Notes: generated from the sequence alone by a model not told the origin. DNA of 64,000 nucleotides from the human T2T-CHM13v2.0 reference genome, Homo sapiens (GCF_009914755.1 NC_060935.1), one strand, 5' to 3'. Numbered from the stretch's first letter, positions 1 through 14,075 are shown. Numbers and translations: made by a program.

Positions 1-1972
1 AGGAGCAACAAGATGAGATTTTGGGTAGGAACACATAGCCAAGCTATATCATTCCACCCCTGGCCACTTCCAAATCTCATGTCTTCACATTTCAAAAAAC
101 CAATCATGCCTTCCCAACAGTCCCCTAAAGTCTTAACTCATTTCAGCATTAACTCTAAAGTCCACAGTCCAGTCTCATCTGAGACAAGGCAAGTCCCTTC
201 CATCTATGAGCTTGTAAAACCAAAAGCAAGTTAGTTACTTCCTAGATACCATGGGGGTACAGGAATTAGGTAAATACAGCCATTCTGAATCGGAGAACTT
301 GGCCAAAAAGAGGAGCTACAGACCCGATGCAAGTCTGAAATACAACAGGGCAGTGAAATCTGAAAGCTCCAAAATTATCTTCTTTGATTCCTGTCTCACA
401 TCTGGGTCACACTGATGCAAAAGGTGGGTCCCCATGGTCTTGGGCTGCTCCACCACTGTGGCTTTGTGAGATATAGCCTCCCTTATGGCTGTTTTCGTAG
501 GCTGGCATTGAGTGTCTGCAGCTTTTCCAGGAGCATGGTGCAAGATGTCGGTGGATCTACCACTCTGGGTCTGCAGCTCTTCTCACAGCTCCACTAGGCA
601 ATGCCCCAGTAGGTACTCTGTCTGGGGACTCTGACCCCACATTTCCCTTCTGCACTGCCCTAGCAGAGATTCTCCATTAGAACCCTGCCCCTGCAGCAAA
701 CATTGGTCTGGACATCCAGGCATTTTCATATAGCCTCTGAAATCCAGGCAGAGGTTCCCAAACCTCAATTCTTGACTACTGTCTACCCACAGACTCAACA
801 CCACATGGAAGCTCCAAGACTTGTGGATTGCACCCTCTGAAGTCATGACCCAAGCTCTACGTTGGTCCCTTTCAGCCATGGCTGGAGCAGCTGGGACACA
901 TGGTACCAAATCCCTAGGCTGCACACAGCATGGGGACCCCAGACCTGGCCCACAAAACCATCTTTTGCCCCAGACCTCAGGGCCTGTGATGGGAGGCGCT
1001 GCTGGGAAGACCTCTGACATGTGCTGGAGACATTTTCCCCATTGTCTTGGGGTTTAACTTTCAGCTTCTTGTTACTTATGCAAATTTCTGCAAACTGCTT
1101 GGATTTCTCCTCAGAAAATGGGATTTTCTTTTCTATTGCACTGTCAGGCTGAAAATTTTCTGAACTTTTGGGCTCTACTTCCCTTATAAAACTGAATGCC
1201 TTTAACACCACCCAAGTCACCTCTTGAATGCTTTCCTGCTTAGAAATTTCTTCTGCCAGATACCCTAAATCATCTCCCGCAAGTTCAAAGTTCCACAATT
1301 CTCTAGGGCAGGGGCAAAATGCTGCCAGTCTCTTTGTTAAAGCATAACAAGAGTCACTTATGCTCCAGTTCCCAACAAGTTCCTCATCTCCATCTGAGAC
1401 CACCTCAGCCTGGACTTTATTGTCCATGTGGCTATCAGCATTTTGAGCAAAGCCATTCAACAATTCTCTAGAAAGTTTCCAATATTCCCACATTTTCCTG
1501 TCTCCTTCTGAATCCTCCAAACTGTTCCAACCCCTGCCTGTTTCCCAGTTCGAAAGTAGCTTCCACATTTTCAGTTATCGACAGCAGCACCCCACTCTTG
1601 GTACCAATTTACTGTATTAGTCCATTTTCATGCTGCTGATGAAGACATAACTGAGACTGGGAAGAAAAAGAGGTTTAATGGACTTACAGTTCCACGTGGC
1701 TGGGGAGGCCTCAAAATCATGGCAGAAGGCAAAGAGGAGCAAGTCATGTCTTACTTGGATGGTAGCAGGCAAAAATAGAGAGCTCGTGCAGGGAAACTCC
1801 CATTTTTAAAACCATCAGATCTCATGAAACTTATTCACTATCATGAGAACAACATGGGAAAGACCTGTCCCCATAATTCAGTTATCTTCCACCTGGTTCC
1901 TCCCACCACATGTGGGAATTATGGGAGCGATGAGATGAGATGTGGGTGGGGATACAGAGCCAAACCATATCA
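1..1972 (-). mobile_element. THE1 (THE1B-like) MaLR provirus: 5' LTR 1613-1972, internal region 52-1612, 3' LTR cut by the window edge (1-51)
   Basis: LTR termini read tgtattagtcc (1613) and ccaaaccatatca (1972), the reverse complement of the TGATATGGTTTGG start. A second LTR terminus ...aagctatatca ends at 51. The internal region starts GTAAATTGGTACC on - strand and encodes THE1-int ORF peptides. Confidence 0.95.
316..1568 (-). pseudogene. THE1-int (MaLR) ORF remnant, split over three frames
   Basis: ORF 843-1568 (MWKLLSNWETGRGWNSLEDSEGDRKMWE...EVVSDGDEELVGNWS), ORF 583-1020 (CVQPRDLVPCVPAAPAMAE) and ORF 316-543 (HHAPGKAADTQCQP) match the MaLR ORF; frameshift near 970. Confidence 0.85.
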
Positions 1973-1989
1973 TTTATACTGACAGAAAT

Positions 1990-2230
1990 AAATGATTAAA
2001 TGCATAAGTAAAAAAATGGGGTTTGCTATGAAACACATGTTCTGTGCAGAAAAATACCAAAAATTTGTGCAATTAATTTTTTGTCAATGAGGTCAGGGAC
2101 AATTCTCATTTCCTTAAGTGAGGGGTACTTATAGTGACTTCCTTCTAAAGAGTACAGTATTAAAAGAGAAGAAAAATGAGTAACATTACAGTGGAGAAAC
2201 CTAATAAACACTACATGAGCCAAATCATAA
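1990..2230 (+). mobile_element. L1MC-type 3' UTR fragment
   Basis: Motif taacattacagtggagaaacct...aaacactac...ccaaatcat typical of L1MC 3' UTRs. Confidence 0.55.
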
Positions 2231-2235
2231 GTGTA

Positions 2236-2283
2236 GATATAGTTTGTATATTTGTCCCCACCCGAATCATGTTGAATTGTGAT
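2236..2283 (+). mobile_element. Short MST-type LTR 5' fragment
   Basis: gatatagtttgtatatttgtccccacccgaatcatgttgaattgt resembles the MST LTR start. Confidence 0.5.
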
Positions 2284-4024
2284 ACACAGTATTTTTATAT
2301 CAGGTAATTAAGTTTGGAAGGGTGAAACTGGCAAGTGATGAAGTTAAAAATCAGTTAAAATTGCATGCATAATCTCCACTATGCCATCTCATCGTACTAG
2401 TAACAGGGCATCTTTGTAATAACTCTTGTTTGAAATAATGAGTAGGCTAATTTTTGGCCATGGAAATGGGAAAATTCTGTAATTAGAGAATCAAATTCCA
2501 GAAAGGATCTATAGAATTTAATGAAAGACTACAACAGAAAGTGAATTCAGAGAAGGTAAGACTATTGAGGAAATTTGGCAGCTGGCCCTGGAAGACTTGG
2601 GTCTTGTTTATTATAAAGATACCTGGGATTATATATTATTGCTCCTTGTTATTTTAGTTGGGTTACTAATTTGAGAAGTCTGTGCAATTTATCTCCTATT
2701 TGTAATTCAACTGCCAGTGATTTGATGCTGAAAAGCCCTGCTATACTACTCCCTAATCCAATGAAAGATGAGAAATACATTGATAACAATTGCCAGATTA
2801 TTGTTTCTGTTGCTCTTGTTGTTATTTTCATTTTTTCTTCTCAGACTCCAGCTGTCCCTAGGTCCATCTGTTTTTATTGCATTTACCATATACTGTGCAG
2901 CACGAAGCTTACTGAAATCACATTCATAGAAATCTGCAGGTGAAATTTTGACATACTCGGCACCTGCAAACACTTGGAAAATTTGCCAAGAGGCATTTTC
3001 AGCCATTTGGGAATGAATAAAAAACAATTAGTAAATAACATAAACCTTAATATTGTTATTGTTATTATTCTTTCAAAACCAATGTCTTCCAGTTTATCTC
3101 CTAGAGGACCAAACCTAAGCCAAGTTTGAATTAAAAATAAAATAATAACTCACTTTGGGTTCTCTAAACACATTAAAGCACTGGAAATTCTCTTAGCTGC
3201 TTGCAAAAAAATTCTCCATTCCTCTTAATGGTCAGATAATTAAAATTGGCAAAATACACTTCTACTAAGCTCTTGGAAAGAAAAAATTACCTGTGGGAAA
3301 ACAATATAAGAGATTTCCGTTTGAAATGTTTCCCCACATAAAGTTCATTCTTCTTTTAATACCTTCATTAACTAGCATCAATAAGCATTTGTCTGAATCA
3401 CTTGTTAAGAAATGAGAACTTTCCAAACAGCAAAATTAAGTGAAAATTCTAATTTCCCATCCAATTTACTTTTAATTAATCACCATTCATTTTAGTGTTT
3501 GTACTCATTCTTTCATACCCAGTGCCATGGCTGGCCTTTAAAATTGTACATAACTCAAGAAATGTAAAGCTATTACTCCTTCAGCAATCAAACATTTGAT
3601 TGATATTTTTCTTTCATTTATTTTGTCTGTAGTATCTATATATATTGAAGCAAAAAGGTAGATGGAAAGGCATTTTGATTGATCAAGCATTTTGATTGAT
3701 CTAACATATCAGGAAATACCTTGGAGTTGGCATTTAGCCCCTCATGGGTGAACTAAAATCATGTTAAGAAAATAAGAATCCATCAAAGTTTTCCTTATTC
3801 TAATTTGAATTACTTTTATAATAGAAAACAATAAATTCTTTTACATAAATATTTCTTTATATCAATAAGATTGTCAATAAGCAGCCACAAAAACATAATT
3901 TCAGACCCCCTTGGAATGAGAAACCCTATATATCAGGCACCTTTACATATATTATTTTATCAAATCCTATAAAAGTATCCAGAAGTTGAAATTATGAAGT
4001 ATATTTTATATAACAGAGCCTCTT

Positions 4025-4230
4025 ACTATCATGTGCTTACTACATAGAGTATTAAAAATTCTAAGTGACTTACACATATTATTCATTTAAGATGCTTAAT
4101 TATCCAGGAAAAATATACCATTTTAATCTACATTTTATAAATGAAGTCACTGAGACATAGAGGGGTTTTGCAATTTGGCCAAAATCACATACTCAGTAAG
4201 TGGCAGAATAATATTTGAAACTAGAAAGTC
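4025..4230 (-). mobile_element. MIR SINE
   Basis: Core atgaagtcactgagacatagaggg...ggccaaaatcacatactcagtaagtggcagaa...tttgaaactag. Confidence 0.7.
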
Positions 4231-5118
4231 ATGAAAAGCATTTCCCTACTTTACCAAAAACAATGGCACGCAGGTCCCTTGTACATTAGTTAGTCAAAGT
4301 TACATAGGATTGACTAGATGGGATTTTTAAAAGCCAAGATAATTATTACCAAGTGGTTTCATTCAAATGCATACTGGAAAACCACAATATTATTAGTACA
4401 AAATGGCAGAGGGACTGCAGCATTGCTTAATCCAGAAAGATTTACACCAAAATACTTCAGAATAATTTCCAATTTTTTAAAGATAATCCAAAATCTAGCA
4501 TATAACCTAGATATAATTCAAAATATAATATAACAGAAAGGGCTCCAAACTGAAAATTGAAGTATAGAATCCTCTAGTAGTTTCCCATTAGAGCAATTTT
4601 TAATATTAAAATATCCACTCTTCAGTTATTTTCTTGAACTCTAAGGAAGTTTAGATCAAAAGTGGAGGTATTCAATGAAAAATGTCCATTAGTTTATAAA
4701 AGATAAACAGCTGGGCTTGATAAATATGAACACTTATTTTCATTTTATCCCCTTATAATGAGGTAAATGTATTATTTTTTAATTTAATTCATTTTATTGT
4801 GTTTTCAAATGTCACATACAAAAAGACATTCAACATATTAGTCATTAAGAAAATAAAATTAATGCCACAATTAGATATTATTCCACCCCCAACCCTGCAC
4901 TAGCATGGCTAAAATTTAAAAGATTGATCATAACATGCATTGGCCAGGGCACAGAGACATTAGAACCCTCATGCGCTGTGGGTAGGAATTTAAAATAATA
5001 GTATGACTTTGGAAACAGTTTGTTGGTTTATTTTTTTTAAAAAAGTAAACCTAGAATACAAACCAAACATTTATAGTCCCAGATAACACATAAAAAGAAA
5101 ATTGAGGCATATGCCTAC

Positions 5119-5495
5119 TCTATTAGCTTGCTAGGCTGCTATAGCAAGATACCACAGACTGGGTGGTCTAAACCACAGAAGTTTATCGTCCCACAATTCT
5201 GGAAGCTAGAAGTCTGAGATTATGGTGTCAGCAAGACTGGTTTCTTCTAAATCCTCTTTTCTTTGCTTGCAGATGGCCATCTTCCTCCTGTGTCTTCACA
5301 TGGTCGTCCCTTAGCAAGTGTCCAAATTTCCTCTTTTTTTAAGAATACCAGTCATATTGGCATAGGGCCCACCTAAATGACCTTATTTTAATTGCCTCTT
5401 TAAAGACTCTATCACCAAATACAGTTACATTCTGAGATGTTGGAGATTAGGACTTTATATATAAACTTTGTTGATACTCATTTCAGCCCATAACA
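5119..5495 (-). mobile_element. MLT1 (MLT1B/C-like) solo LTR
   Basis: Starts tattagcttgctaggctgctatagcaagataccacagactgggtgg and ends ttcagcccataaca (reverse complement of TGTTATGGGCTGAA). Confidence 0.85.
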
Positions 5496-5624
5496 GTCAC
5501 GCAAAGATTTGTCCACAAATGTATGTAGCAATTTCATTTGTAATACCCACAAAGTGGAACAACTCAAATGCCCATCAACCGGAAAACATATAAACAAATT
5601 GTGTCATATCCTTATAATGCACTA

Positions 5625-6368
<744 letters not shown>

Positions 6369-6999
6369 TGAAATAAGTCAAAAAGAGTACTTACTGTATG
6401 TTTTTCTGAAAAAAATATAGACAATGCAAACTAATCTAAAGTAGTAGAAAGCAAATCTATGATAACCTGGGATTGGGACATGGAAGTGAGTAAAGAAAAT
6501 ATTGCAGAGGCATGAGGAAGCATTTAAGCATGATAGAAATGTGTATTATCTTGATTGTGCTGATGGTTTTACAGATATCTACATTTTTTAAAAAATCATC
6601 ATATTCTATACTTTAAATCCTTTCATATATTATGTCAGTTAAAATTCCATAAAACTGTGAACATTTAAAAAATTAGGTTCAATAATAATAGTCATGACCA
6701 TAGAAAACTTTGGACATATGGGCAAAAGCCATATGGAGAGGGGTTGCATGACAAATTTGGCCCAATGGTATTCAGTGTCAAGTATCAGACAGTTGTTATT
6801 ATGTATTACTCTTATGAAAGAATATTTTTGTGTGAAGTCATCTTTTATTTCAGAAATCAAACTTCTCTATTTTTCAGAACTTGGACATTTTTTTTTATAT
6901 ATCTTACTCTCTTAGGCCTATAACACATATTTATCCTTTAAAAGCCAACTCAAATATTTTTTCCTTTGTGAAGATCTGCCTTAACTATTCTTCACAGCA

Positions 7000-9700
7000 C
7001 CCGTTTTCTATGGTTGTCATTACAAATTACTACAAAATTGGTACCTTAAAACAACAGAAATTTATTCTCTCATTGCCTGGAAACTAGAAATCTGAGGGCA
7101 AAGTGTTGGGAGGGTCATGCCCACTCTAAAGGCTCTGGAGAAGACATTCCCCTTGCCTCTTACAGCTTCTACTAGTCTCAGGCATGCCTTAGCTTGAGGA
7201 AGCATAACTACAGCCTCTGCCTCTACCTTCACAAGGTATCTTCTTCCTGTGTCTCTGTGTTCAAATTTTCCTCTTTTTACAAAAGCACCAGTATGACCTA
7301 ATATTAATTTAACTAATTAAATATTTAAAGACTCTATTTCCAAATAAGGTCACATTCTCAGGTTCTGGATGGACATGAATTTTGTTGTTGTTGTTGTTGT
7401 TGTTGGGGCTGTCGGGGAGCAGATACTATTCAGCCCCATAGAGCCCACCCTCTTGCCACCAAAATTTATGTCTATCCCAATGAAAACTACATTTACCACA
7501 TTTCAACTATCCAAAAAGTTTTAATTCATTTGAGCATAACCCCTAAATTTAAAATCTCATATAAAATCAACTATAAACGTTTCAAATTTCATTATCTAAA
7601 TCATCAAATAATTATGAATAAGACTCTGGGTATTATCCATTATGGGGCAAAATTTCCCTCTGTCTGTGGGCCTGTGAAAGTAGAAAACAAATTATCTGAT
7701 TCTAATGTACATAGGACAGATATAGGATAAAGATTTTCATTCTGAAAGGGAGAAAATGGGAAGGGTAAAGGGTAAAGGGTCACTGGTCTAAAGCAAATTT
7801 GGAATCCAGTAGGGTAAATTCCACTAGGATGCAAGGCCCGAGAATATTTCCCTGTGGCTCAGTCAACCCCTGGGCTCAAGGAGGCCCCATTAGTTCCTCT
7901 TCTGGGTCTGCAGAAGCCCCATGAGCCCCTGCCATGTACCTGTCTGGCTGGCATTTTCTGTCTGCCTCGTTTCTCTCTCCTAATTTTTCCTTTTTGTTGA
8001 TGGATATGCAAACATAAGTACTTGAGTAGTACTATCAGTCCATTTCCTGCTTGTATCCCAGAAATTAAACAGCTGTCCTTCATTTCACCCCATGTATCTA
8101 CCCTTCAGTCCATGTTGGCAGTGTTTCTGCTAATATAATATTTTTAAAGACTTTGTTAGTCTCCCAAATATATGAAGGAGACCTATGACATTGCACAAGA
8201 AGGTTCTCTACAGATTCTTCTTGGATAACCCGTTTCTATTCCCGGTTTCTGCTGAGATGGGAGATTGGATTCACGTGTCACACACCATCTCTTCAGCGAA
8301 AAAGTTTGTTCTCAGCCATACCCTTGGATGTATTCCTGTAACATAATATCTGGATATGTTGAGAATTTTCCAAATTATACAGTGCTGGTTCACTTTTACT
8401 TAAAAGTTCCAGTGTCTATTTATGTCTTTTCTCTCTTTTCTTTTTTTTTTTTTTTTTTTTTGTTATTAGCTCAAGGAGAAACCAAGCCACATAATTTACA
8501 ACTTGCCTAGAAATCTCCTCAGCTAAATATTTAAGTTCAGAGCTTACAAATTCTACTTTCCAACTCAATACTACAGCTCAATTCAGCCAAGTTTTCCACC
8601 ACTTTATAGCAAGGGTTATCTTTCAGCCAGTGTCCAGTAACACGTTTCTTTTATTTTACTGAGACTATACCAGAAGCACCTTTAACATTGATATTTACAC
8701 CAACATTCTGTTGATGATGTAAGCAATTATCTAAAACAAAAGAAGAGCTATCTAACATACTCCTTACTTCCTTCTGATCCCTCACTAGAATCACCTTTAA
8801 CATCCATATTCCTATCAACAGTCTCCTAAAGGTAATGTGAGCTTTTCTGACAATGCACCTCAAAATTCTTTTAGCTCTCAAATCTTTACCCAATTTCGAA
8901 TCCACTTCCACCTCTTTAAGTATTTGCTGCAGAAATATCTCTCTTTTGGTATTAAAATTTCTACTAGATTCCAAGGTCCACCATAAAAATTACAATAAAC
9001 CAGGTGACTTAAAACAATAGAAATTAATTCTCTCATAGTTATACAGGCTAGACATCTGGAATCAAGTTGTCAGCAAGGCCATGCTCCCATTAAAGTCTCT
9101 AGGGAAGAACCCTTTCTTGCCTCTTCTAGTTTCTGGTGACCCCAAGCATTCCCTGGCTTAGAACAAAATAACTTATTTCTCTGGTCTCTATCTTCACAAG
9201 AACATTTCTTCATGCGTTTTTCTGTGTCTCTGCATCCAATTTTTTCTTTCATAAATAAGAACACACAGAAAAACGTCTTAAAGTGCTAATTAGACAATTA
9301 CAAAAGTTCATACACACAATGAATTAGACTATGTAAAATATTCATGAAAGCTATGACTGAAAAGAAACTCACCAAATCAGCAACCATAGATAGTGATAAT
9401 CTTTGGTTAATGAAATGTGATGTTTTTAAATTGCTTATTGAAAAATTTATTTCCAAAACTTTCACAATAAATATAATTTTATAAATACAGAAAACATTTT
9501 TGACATTATATAGAAGAGTTAACATATAAAAGGTCATCTAACATGTCAATCCAGTAAGCTGGATTTAGAGCTTACCCTAATCCAGTATTACCTCATCTTA
9601 ACTAATTACATTCACAAACACCGTGTTTCCAAAAAAATGTCATATTCTGAGGTTCCAGATAGACACGAATTTGGAGGGGGCTGCTATTCAACTCATTTCA
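7000..9700 (-). mobile_element. MLT1C-type MaLR provirus: LTR ~7000-7442, internal ~7443-8961, LTR ~8962-9700 (interrupted at 9265-9550)
   Basis: Two homologous LTRs share ttaaaacaacagaaatttattctctca / ttaaaacaatagaaattaattctctca, cttgcctctt and atactattcagcc / gctattcaactc. They flank an MLT1-int-like region ending ggtattaaaatttc. Confidence 0.85.
9265..9550 (+). repeat. ~290-bp direct duplicate of 11119-11405, inserted in the MLT1 LTR
   Basis: Long shared blocks such as tacacacaatgaattagactatgtaaaatattcat, aaagctatgactgaaaagaaactcaccaaatcagcaa and tccaaaactttcacaataaatat. Confidence 0.95.
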
Positions 9701-11039
9701 AACACCAAGCAAGATCAGTTTCCCTCATTTGAATGTTTCATTAATACCCTGTATCAAATTCTACTATAGAATGCATCACATAATCTGCTAATTGTTTGTG
9801 TAGGTTTCTGCCTACTCTACTAAACAACAAGGACTACAAATAATAGATTTCATTTTTAAATTTCATACTTGTCACTGTACCCCCATTGTTTAAATACAGT
9901 ATCCAAGACATAATCCAGTATATGATTATTTAACGATTTATAAAATAAATGAATATTACATAAACCCTGGAGCTAAAGTTTAATTGAACAAAATGGTTCA
10001 CAGTCACCAATAAGATAATATTGAACACATTTTAGCATCAAAGCCCGTTAGCTTTTTACAAAAATAGTTTTAAAAACTGCCATAAAGCAAACACTAATAT
10101 TGCATCTAAAGGTAATAAAATCACAGTTAAAAAACAGACATCTAATTAATTCTTTGTCTTGTTATAATTAAAATGATTTTACTTATATCTATTGTTTTCT
10201 GTGGGAATAGAAGACCTCTTGGGCAAAACATTAAAGGCCAAAAAGAAAAAAAAACAGAGCTGCAATATTACCGATTTCTTAAACTACTTATGTTTTAAAC
10301 AGTATAGATCTCCAATTTTATAAATTGCAGAGGTTTGATTTTTTATTATCTTATTTCTCTCTAAGTACTGTAGTAGGAAGAAGATTTTATGACATAGATC
10401 TTGTTCACTTATGTAGTTGCCAAACAGTAGGATTATTCACATAAAAAACTAAAATAAAAACAAAAGCAAAAAAACCTCTATAAAGAATATACAGATATTA
10501 TCTTAAGACAACCATTATTTTAATGAGAAATGAGGATTTGAGTGTCAGTTCTTTTATTTACCAGTTTCTAGCATTGATTCTCCTATAAGATAATTTGTAA
10601 TGTGAGTTTTTTAAGATTTTTTTTTGAAAGGCTAGTGAAAATAGTATATTTATCAATGATAAATACATACAAGTCAATGTATCCTCCCAAGTAGGAGTGT
10701 AGGGTCCTGCAATCAGATTGCATGCATTTTAGGCTTGTATCCCATACTTATTAGATCTAAAATCTTAGAAGATACATTCTCTAAATTCTAAACTTACGAC
10801 AAAATGAAATCAGCACTTATAATACCTGTCACACAAAATATGCCATTTTTTATTTCCTTTTCTCTTCTTTTTTATTTCCCTCTCCTCGTGAGCAAATAGC
10901 CTTACTCAAACATTTTATTTATTTGTGATTAATAAGATTCTTAGCTGTTATGATCATTCTTGAGGGCAGAATTCATTTGAAATCAGAAAAGTGGTGGTTT
11001 CATGCTGAGCAAGCACTAAGATTATCAGCTATATATGGC

Positions 11040-11405
11040 TTTGTAATTAAATCATGGTTAATTCACCAGGTGGAATATTATGCATCCATTAAAATGTTTT
11101 TTAAAATATTGTAATCATACAGAAAAATGTTTTAAAGTGCTAATTAAATAATATAAAATTTCGTACACACAATGAATTAGACTATGTAAAATATTCATAA
11201 AAGCTATGACTGAAAAGAAACTCACCAAATCAGCAAACATGAATAGTGATAATCTTTAGTTAATGAAATTTTGCTTTTAAATTGCTCACTGAAAAATTTA
11301 TATCCAAAACTTTCACAATAAATATGATTTTATAAATACAAAATACATTTTAGACATTAAATAAAAGAGTTACCAAATAACATAAAAGGTCATCCAGCAT
11401 GTCAA
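11040..11405 (+). mobile_element. Ancient L1ME-like 3' end remnant (donor of the 9265-9550 copy)
   Basis: taaatcatgg...ggaatattatgcatccattaaaa and actgaaaagaaactcaccaaa...atagtgataatct resemble L1ME 3' UTR. Confidence 0.5.
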
Positions 11406-11539
11406 ATTAGGTAAACTTTAGTAAAGTTCAGGAAAATAATGTCAAATATCAGTAAAAATGAAAAATATTATTGATAGTTATTAGCATTATTTGTACATGT
11501 ATTATACATAGAAATGTTCTAAGATATCTACATGTATTA

Positions 11540-12829
11540 ATAGGTGATTGCAAACATAATTGTGGTTTTGCATTGTTGGAATTTGCCATTTGATATTGAA
11601 ATACATTCTTAAATATGGTTATGTTATGCATCATTTTAATGGGCATTTCTCATTTTATGTTTTGGTTTTTGTTTGTTTTTTTTTTTTTTTTTGCTAATGA
11701 CATTATTTGCTATTTATTTTATGTTTATTTTAGACTATGGAAATGATGTTAGACAAAAAGCAAATTCAGCCAATTTTCTTATTCAAGTTCAAAATGGATC
11801 GTAAAGCATCAGAGACAACTTGTAGCATCCACAACACATTTGGCCCAGAAACTGCTAGTGAATGTACAGTGCAGTTGTGGATCAAGAAGTTTTGCAAAGG
11901 AGAAGAGAGTCTTGAAGATGAGGAGCATAGTGGCCGGCCATCGGAAGCTGACAAGGACCAACTGAGAGCAATCATCAAAGTGGATCCTCTGATAACTACA
12001 TGAGAAGTTGCCAAAGAACTCAACATTGGCCATTCTATGGTTATTTTGCATTTGAAGCCAACTGGAAAGATGAAAAAGCTCAATAAGTGGGTGCCTCATG
12101 AGCTGAGTGAAAATTTAAAAAATCATTTTGAAGTGTCATCTTCTCTTATTCTACACAGCAACAACAAACAATTTCTTGATTGGATTGTGATGTGCAATAA
12201 AAATTGGATTTTATACAACAGCCAGCAATAACCAGCTCAGTGGTTGGACGAAGAAGTAGCTCCAAAGCACTTCCGAAAGCCAAACTTGGACCAAAAAATG
12301 GTCATATTCACTGTTTGGTGGTTTGCTGCTGGTCTGATCCACTATAGCTTTCTGAATCCCAGTGTAAAACATTGCATCAGCAAATTGATGAGATGCATTG
12401 AAAAGTGCAAGGCCTGCAGTCAGCATTGGTCGACAGAAATGGCCCAAGTCTCCACGACAATGACTGACCACGTCGCACAACCAACGCTTCAAAAGCTGAA
12501 CCAATTGGGCTACAAAGTTTTGTCTCATCCGCCATATTCTCATCCACCTGACCTCTTGCCAACCGACTATCACTTCTTCAAACATCTCGACAACTTTTTG
12601 CAGGGAAAATGCTCCCACAATCAGCAGGATGCAGAAAATGCTTCCCAAGAGTTTTTTGAATGCCAAAGAGCAGATTTTTTATGCTACAGGAATAAACAAA
12701 CTTATTTCTTGTTGGCAAAAATGTGTTGATTGTAATGGTTCCTATTTTGATTAATAAAGATGTGTTTGAACCTAGTTATAATGATTCAAAATTCAGTCTG
12801 AAACAGCAATTACTTTTGCACCAACCTAA
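11540..12829 (+). mobile_element. Hsmar1 mariner DNA transposon, near full length, inserted at TA within a MIR
   Basis: Left TIR ataggtgattgcaaacataattgtgg is degenerate; right TIR is cagcaattacttttgcaccaacctaa; TA flanks both ends. MIR-like sequence lies at ~11470-11537 and ~12860-12972. Confidence 0.97.
11737..12754 (+). pseudogene. Disabled Hsmar1 transposase
   Basis: MEMMLDKKQI start, WVPHEL motif and YS(HP)PDLLPTDYHFFKHLDNFL; premature TGA at 12001-12003, further stops and frameshifts. Confidence 0.95.
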
Positions 12830-13959
12830 TAATTATGTCAATAATGGCAACAAACGTATGACATGTTACTATTGTTGCCCTCATTTAACATTTCAGGAGG
12901 ATGAAGCAATTTATGGGTAAGAAAATTACCTACTTAGCAAGTACTGGCATCAAGATTCAAACCCAAGCAGTCCAATAAGTGAAACACATATAGAATAAAA
13001 TCAGCAGTGTTTGTGCTTCATATAGTTCAGTTATCCCTAATAATTTGCTTTCACATTAATATAAAAACACAAATTAACTCATGGTATTTTAACTTTCAAC
13101 CTTCAGAGCATTCGTCTGTTAAAGAAATGAAGGCTTGATCATACACATATACACATGTAGACACACACACACATACATACACAAGTATAACCATGATGAT
13201 TAATTTTTATGATTTTCTAAATGTCCTTTGTGAATAATTTAACATAAATGGCTTATTTGCTCTATAGAAAAGACATGCATTTGTTAATTCAGACTGACTT
13301 CATTTATATAACTGCGATTTTAAGGGTCAACATTTGCCATATAGCTTGTAATAATGAAGGCATTCTGTACCTAAATATGGTAACTTGAAAAATGGAAGGA
13401 CAAAATAAAAAGGTTCAAATATACTCAGCATCTATCCTAGACAACTTGAGTCTAGACATACAAGAATTATTATGTGAAGCCTACGGCTTCTTTCTTAATT
13501 TACCTAATGTGTTTTGCAAGGACGTTACATCACTATATTCTCAGACATTTCTCCTCCTCCATTCTAGACATGAATTCTTGCCAAAAAGTGGTGAAACAAT
13601 CCAAAGTTTCCATTATTTTAAAGAATGCTTCAGTTTTAATTAAAGCTATTAATGCTGTATGAGTTTTCCTTTAATAAGTAATTCATAACCACCTAACCTT
13701 GAATCTTACTCAACACACAAACATACTCACACCCAATCGCCTCAACAATGCTTTAAGAAATGAGGGAATTTTGTATATAGAATGCCAGTATAATTGGTGA
13801 TTCTCATTTATTAAATACATTATTTTTCCTTTGTGCAAAAACAAATGATACTGAAATTATAGTTTTGTTTATATGTTTTGTGTCTGGAAACATGTACAGT
13901 GAAATAGAGAGTGTGTTGAGTTGAGATTAAGGGAGTAGATTTTGTTTTTCCCAAAAGAG

Positions 13960-14075
13960 AAGTATGTAAGATAAGGCATAGCTTGATTTAGCCATACCAC
14001 AATGTACACATATTTTGAAACAAGGTAGTGTACACCATAAATATATACATTTTTAAAATTTTTCAATTAAAAGAA
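13960..14075 (+). mobile_element. L1MA 3'-terminal fragment
   Basis: tagcttgatttagccataccacaatgtacacata...tgtacaccataaatatatac...tcaattaaaa. Confidence 0.7.

Noticed and set aside
3669-3701. gcattttgattgatc tandem duplication
   Set aside because: Ordinary two-copy slippage duplication.
11737-12754. SETMAR gene or active mariner transposase
   Set aside because: No SET exons; premature stops, frameshifts and an altered first catalytic Asp region.
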